Positions 28,668-32,068 of a stretch of 32,068 nt of DNA are shown piece after piece. A program made the translations under genes and the position numbers. Each line of letters begins with the position of its first letter. The first letter of the stretch is position 1. Under the pieces are notes generated by a model. It was not told the origin of the DNA, did not search any database, and saw only the letters and a program-made list of their open reading frames with translations. The stretch lies in the NCBI GenBank assembly GCA_016235455.1, contig JACRKZ010000019.1, positions 1-32,068 on the forward strand. The letters are read 5' to 3'. The DNA comes from Armatimonadota bacterium. Lineage in GTDB: Bacteria; Armatimonadota; UBA10988.

Positions 28668-30458
28668 TCAGCCGGCGCGGTAGTTGCGCACCCACTCCAC
28701 GTAAGCCTCGGCGTCCACTGGACGGGAGTAGAAGAACCCCTGCCCTTCTTCACACCCCAGGCCGCGCAGGACGTCGGCCTGCACCTGATTGGTGACGCCC
28801 TCGGCGATGGCGGTGAGGCCGAGTTGGTGGGCCAGGTCGATGACCATCTTGGGGATGCCGTGGCCCTCGTCGGCGGTCATCTCCATCACGAAGCTCTGAT
28901 CCACCTTGAGCCGGTGCACCGGCAACTGGTGCAGGTAGCTGAGCGACGAGTAACCGGTGCCGAAATCGTCCACCGCCAGCGTGACGCCGAGCGAGCGGAG
29001 GTCGTGCAGCACGGCGATGACGCTACGCACATCGGCCATGGCCGCTGACTCCGTGACTTCCAGCTCGATCCACTCGGGGTCGACGCCGGTGTCGCGTAAG
29101 GCCGATTCCACCGATTGCACGTAGTGCTCGCGCTGGAACTGCTGGCTGGAGACGTTGACGCCGATGCGCAGCTTGGGCAGGCCGATGCGCTGCCACTCGG
29201 CCACTTGGCGGCAGGCACTACGCAGCACCCAGTCGCCGATCGGGATGATCAGGCCCGAGTACTCGGCCAGCGGGATGAACTTGCCGGGCGAGACGTACTC
29301 GCCATTGCTCCGCCGCCAGCGGATCAGCGCCTCGGCGCCAATCACCTGGTTGGTCGCCAGATCGAGCTGCGGCTGGTAGAAGACGATCAGTTCGTCCTGA
29401 TCGAGCGCGGCACGCAGTCCTTGCAGCAGTTCGAGGCGCTCCCGGCCTTCGAGCTCCTGGCTCTGAGCGTAGTACTGCCACGCCTGCTGCGTGTCACGCC
29501 GCGCATTGTTGACCGCGATGGAGGCACCCTTGAAGGCGTCGGAACCCACCACCTCGGTTTCGCGGACGCGGGCCAGTCCGAGATGAACGCTGACCGGCAC
29601 TTGGTAGCCGCCCGCCTCGACCGGCTCCTCGAACTGAGCCACGATCTGGTCGGGGAAGATGGCGTCGTCGGGTCCGAGGATGGAGAACAGGCCGGCGCCA
29701 ACGCGGCCCAACTCGGCCTTGCCGACCACCTGCTTGAGCCGCGCGGCGATCTGGCGCAGCAACTCGTCGCCGGTGCGATGGCCCAGCGCGTCGTTGACCT
29801 CGGTGAAGCGGTCGATGTAGAGCATGGCCAGCGTGGCGGTCTCACGCTCGTTGGCGGTGAGCGTCTTGAGCCGACGGAACACGCCGCTGCGGTTGGGCAG
29901 CCCGGTGAGGTCGTCCGAGTAGACCATCTGCTGCAGGCGCTCGACCAGCGTGACATTCTCGATGCCGGCACCGATGTAGCTGGCCAGCACGCGCATCAGC
30001 TCTTCGCCCGCCTCGCCCAGCGGCGTGGCGCCTCGGAAGAGGACGATCGCGTCGCGATCGTCCGTCGTGGTCAGCGCATAGGCGGTGGCCTCGGCGTCAC
30101 TGGCCTGACCGGTGCGCCGCGCGCGCATGACCAGATCGACCACACTGGGGCCCAGCTCATCGGGTCGGCGGCCGACGGCATCGGCGTACAGGCCCTGGCC
30201 GGCCTGCGCGGTCAGCAGCCCGCCGGGCTGCGCGTTGCACAGCAACATGCAGTCGGGACCGAATCCGAAGATGGCCGTCAGTTCATCGAGCACGCCGGTG
30301 GCGTAGTCGCACAGAGTCGTCCGCGCCAGGATGCGCGACAGGGCGCCGACGATGCGGCGCAGCGCGTCTGGCGAGTCCGGCGCCGCGTGGAGCGACTCCG
30401 CTGCCGAGGCGGTCGACGGGTCATTCCCAGATTCCAGCGGCATCCCCGCGTCGCTCAT
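28668..30458 (-). CDS. DUF3369-like + degenerate GGDEF + EAL c-di-GMP phosphodiesterase
   Basis: DDLTGLPNR, VNDALGH..GD, but GAGLF replaces GGDEF. FYQPQ, EALIRW, VNVS, ELEVTES, DDFGTGYSS, LKVDQSF, AEGV, QGF. Strong RBS GAGGAGGAGG. Confidence 0.9.
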   Translation of the reverse strand: MSDAGMPLESGNDPSTASAAESLHAAPDSPDALRRIVGALSRILARTTLCDYATGVLDELTAIFGFGPDCMLLCNAQPGGLLTAQAGQGLYADAVGRRPDELGPSVVDLVMRARRTGQASDAEATAYALTTTDDRDAIVLFRGATPLGEAGEELMRVLASYIGAGIENVTLVERLQQMVYSDDLTGLPNRSGVFRRLKTLTANERETATLAMLYIDRFTEVNDALGHRTGDELLRQIAARLKQVVGKAELGRVGAGLFSILGPDDAIFPDQIVAQFEEPVEAGGYQVPVSVHLGLARVRETEVVGSDAFKGASIAVNNARRDTQQAWQYYAQSQELEGRERLELLQGLRAALDQDELIVFYQPQLDLATNQVIGAEALIRWRRSNGEYVSPGKFIPLAEYSGLIIPIGDWVLRSACRQVAEWQRIGLPKLRIGVNVSSQQFQREHYVQSVESALRDTGVDPEWIELEVTESAAMADVRSVIAVLHDLRSLGVTLAVDDFGTGYSSLSYLHQLPVHRLKVDQSFVMEMTADEGHGIPKMVIDLAHQLGLTAIAEGVTNQVQADVLRGLGCEEGQGFFYSRPVDAEAYVEWVRNYRAG

Positions 30459-30696
30459 GCGACCTCCTCCTCTTACCTTGACCGGTGCGTAGCGGGTGCA
30501 TTATCCGCGAGCAGGCATTCTCCTTCGCTCAGTCGACTATCCGACCCAAGGCACTGCCCGCCGTTCCACCGGTTGCCGATAGTGTGGGACCAAATGGCTG
30601 TAGGCGGAAGGTGCCTGGCCGGCAGCGCGGACCTGCGGGTCGCCTTGTGTTCCGTCTGGACACGCGATGCCGTGCGCCGTCACGCCCAAGCCCTCG

Positions 30697-30725
30697 TTGA
30701 CAGATCACCCCCAGCCCGGCAAACT
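30697..30725 (+). promoter_or_regulatory. Putative sigma70 promoter TTGACA-N17-CAAACT
   Basis: Perfect -35 and 17-bp spacer, 27 nt upstream of ATG 30753. Confidence 0.55.
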
Positions 30726-30752
30726 GTCGCCGGGTCGCGGAGTGGCCCAGCC

Positions 30753-31931
30753 ATGGCCAAGAGACGTTTCGACACCGATGCAGTCCATGCCGGCGAGGCG
30801 GTTGACCTGAGCAGCGGCGCGCTGACCACGCCCGTCGTGCGCAGCACACCGTTCGTGTTCAGCTCGCTCGACCAGCTCGACCGCTATGCCGCGGGCGAGA
30901 TCGCCTGCTTCGAGTACGCGCGCACCGCCAACCCGACGACCCGCGCCGCCGAACTCAAGATCGCCGCGCTGGAGCACGCCGAAGACGCCATTGTGCTCAG
31001 CAGCGGCATGGCGGCCATCAGCACCACCTACCTCGGTCTGCTCAACGCCGGAGACCATGTGCTGGTGACCGACGACGGGTACAAGCGCACGCTCATGTTC
31101 GCGCGCGACACCTTGGCTCGCTGGGGCATCACCGGCGAACTGGTCGACTCACGCCAGCCGCTGGCGGCGGTCGCCGCCGCGCTGCGTCCCAACACCCGGC
31201 TGGTGCTCACCGAGGCGCCCACCAACCCGCACCTGCGCATGCCCGACATCCGGGCCCTGGCCGACCTGTGCCACGCCAACGGCACAGTGCTCGCCATCGA
31301 CGCCACCCTGGCCTCGCCGGCCAACCTGCTGCCACTGACGCTGGGCGCCGACCTTGTGCTGCACAGCGCCACCAAGTACCTGGCCGGGCACAACGACGTG
31401 TTGGCCGGCGCCATTGCTGGCGACGCCAAGCTGATCGAGCAGATCCGCGCCTTGCACCTCAATCTCGGCGCGGCACTGGATCCCGAGGCCAGCTTCCTGT
31501 TGCTGCGCGGCATGAAGACCCTCGGCCTGCGGGTCGAGCGCGCCAACGCCAGTGCGCAGGCGCTGGCGCAGTGGCTGGAGGCGCAGCCCAAGGTCAAGGC
31601 GGTGTACTACGCCGGCCTGCCCTCCAATCCGGACTACGCGGTCGCCCACAAGCAGATGTGTGGGTTCGGCGGGCTGCTCAGCTTCGAACTCGACGCCGAC
31701 ATGGCCGGCATCGGTCGGTTCTTCGATGCGCTGCGGGTGTTCGCGCTGGGCACCAGTCTGGGCGGCGTGGAGAGTCTGGCTCTGCCCATGGGCGTGTTCA
31801 TGCGCAACGGCCTGACCGACGCCGACCGCGCCATGCTGGACCTGCCCGACGAGCTCATCCGCCTCTCCGTGGGTGTCGAGGACGCCACGGACCTACGCGA
31901 GGACCTGGCACAGGCACTGGCCGCGGTCTAG
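30753..31931 (+). CDS. metB: PLP-dependent trans-sulfuration enzyme, probably cystathionine gamma-synthase
   Basis: TDAVHAGE, YAR.ANPT, SSGMAAI, EAPTNP, IDAT, HSATKYLAGHND (PLP Lys), LLRGMKTL, SLGGVESL, IRLSVGVE. Confidence 0.8.
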   Translation: MAKRRFDTDAVHAGEAVDLSSGALTTPVVRSTPFVFSSLDQLDRYAAGEIACFEYARTANPTTRAAELKIAALEHAEDAIVLSSGMAAISTTYLGLLNAGDHVLVTDDGYKRTLMFARDTLARWGITGELVDSRQPLAAVAAALRPNTRLVLTEAPTNPHLRMPDIRALADLCHANGTVLAIDATLASPANLLPLTLGADLVLHSATKYLAGHNDVLAGAIAGDAKLIEQIRALHLNLGAALDPEASFLLLRGMKTLGLRVERANASAQALAQWLEAQPKVKAVYYAGLPSNPDYAVAHKQMCGFGGLLSFELDADMAGIGRFFDALRVFALGTSLGGVESLALPMGVFMRNGLTDADRAMLDLPDELIRLSVGVEDATDLREDLAQALAAV

Positions 31932-32068
31932 AGCCTGTCATGCACTTCGGCGACGCGGGCTGAGTCCTTCGGGCTCCGCGTTTGTCGATGCCTATATGGA
32001 CAGGAAACCCTACCCGAGCGACGTCAGCGATGACGAATGGGCCTTCGTGGCCCCGTATCTGACCCTCA
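31931..32068 (+). mobile_element. Left end of an IS5-family insertion sequence (truncated by the window)
   Basis: Transposase start at 31996. The upstream GAGCCTGTCATGCAC, directly after CTA, resembles an IS5-type terminal inverted repeat. The exact end is inferred. Confidence 0.7.
31996..32068 (+). CDS. IS5-family transposase, N-terminal fragment
   Basis: Manual translation MDRKPYPSDVSDDEWAFVAPYLTL, the typical 'YPSD.SD.EW' start of IS5-family (DUF4096) transposases. Confidence 0.88.
   Translation, partial: MDRKPYPSDVSDDEWAFVAPYLTL

Noticed and set aside
29115-30752. 938-aa ORF suggesting a long N-terminal fusion to the PLP enzyme
   Set aside because: The extension is the antisense shadow of the EAL gene. 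Homology, the GGAG RBS and a promoter all point to ATG 30753.
30459-30752. SAM or c-di-GMP riboswitch between the EAL and metB-like genes
   Set aside because: No SAM-I core on the + strand. A CGGCAACC...GTGCC-like stretch is on the wrong strand. No GEMM motif. The predicted promoter leaves only a ~20-nt leader.

Overview
GC-rich bacterial window, probably Armatimonadota/PVC-like (inferred from the DUF1559 prepilin-like genes with '[13 protein letters not shown]' and the many secreted CAZymes). It is mostly a glycan-utilisation region. Glycoside hydrolases: GH4 (partial), GH29 fucosidase, GH130, GH172/DUF2961, two DUF4038/GH140-like enzymes, NPCBM-GH36, and a frameshifted NHL + clan GH-A enzyme. 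Associated genes: a ThuA-HEAT-lectin fusion, three Gfo/Idh/MocA oxidoreductases, a TIM-barrel isomerase/epimerase, SMP-30 lactonase and two tandem DUF1559 pilin-like genes. Interspersed are two tandem REC-REC proteins, a methyltransferase, a TlpA redoxin, a DUF3369-degenerate GGDEF-EAL protein, a cystathionine gamma-synthase-like gene, and the left end of an IS5-family element at the right edge. The most notable points are: (1) a constant-5'/variable-3' mosaic in the pilin-like pair, with strong hairpins after each copy, one of which covers the fucosidase RBS; (2) a GTGTACAT-centred operator-like palindrome present three times; (3) a candidate periplasmic oxidation/elimination glycoside-cleavage module; (4) an apparent deletion frameshift at about 24277. 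All family assignments come from motif recognition, not database searches.
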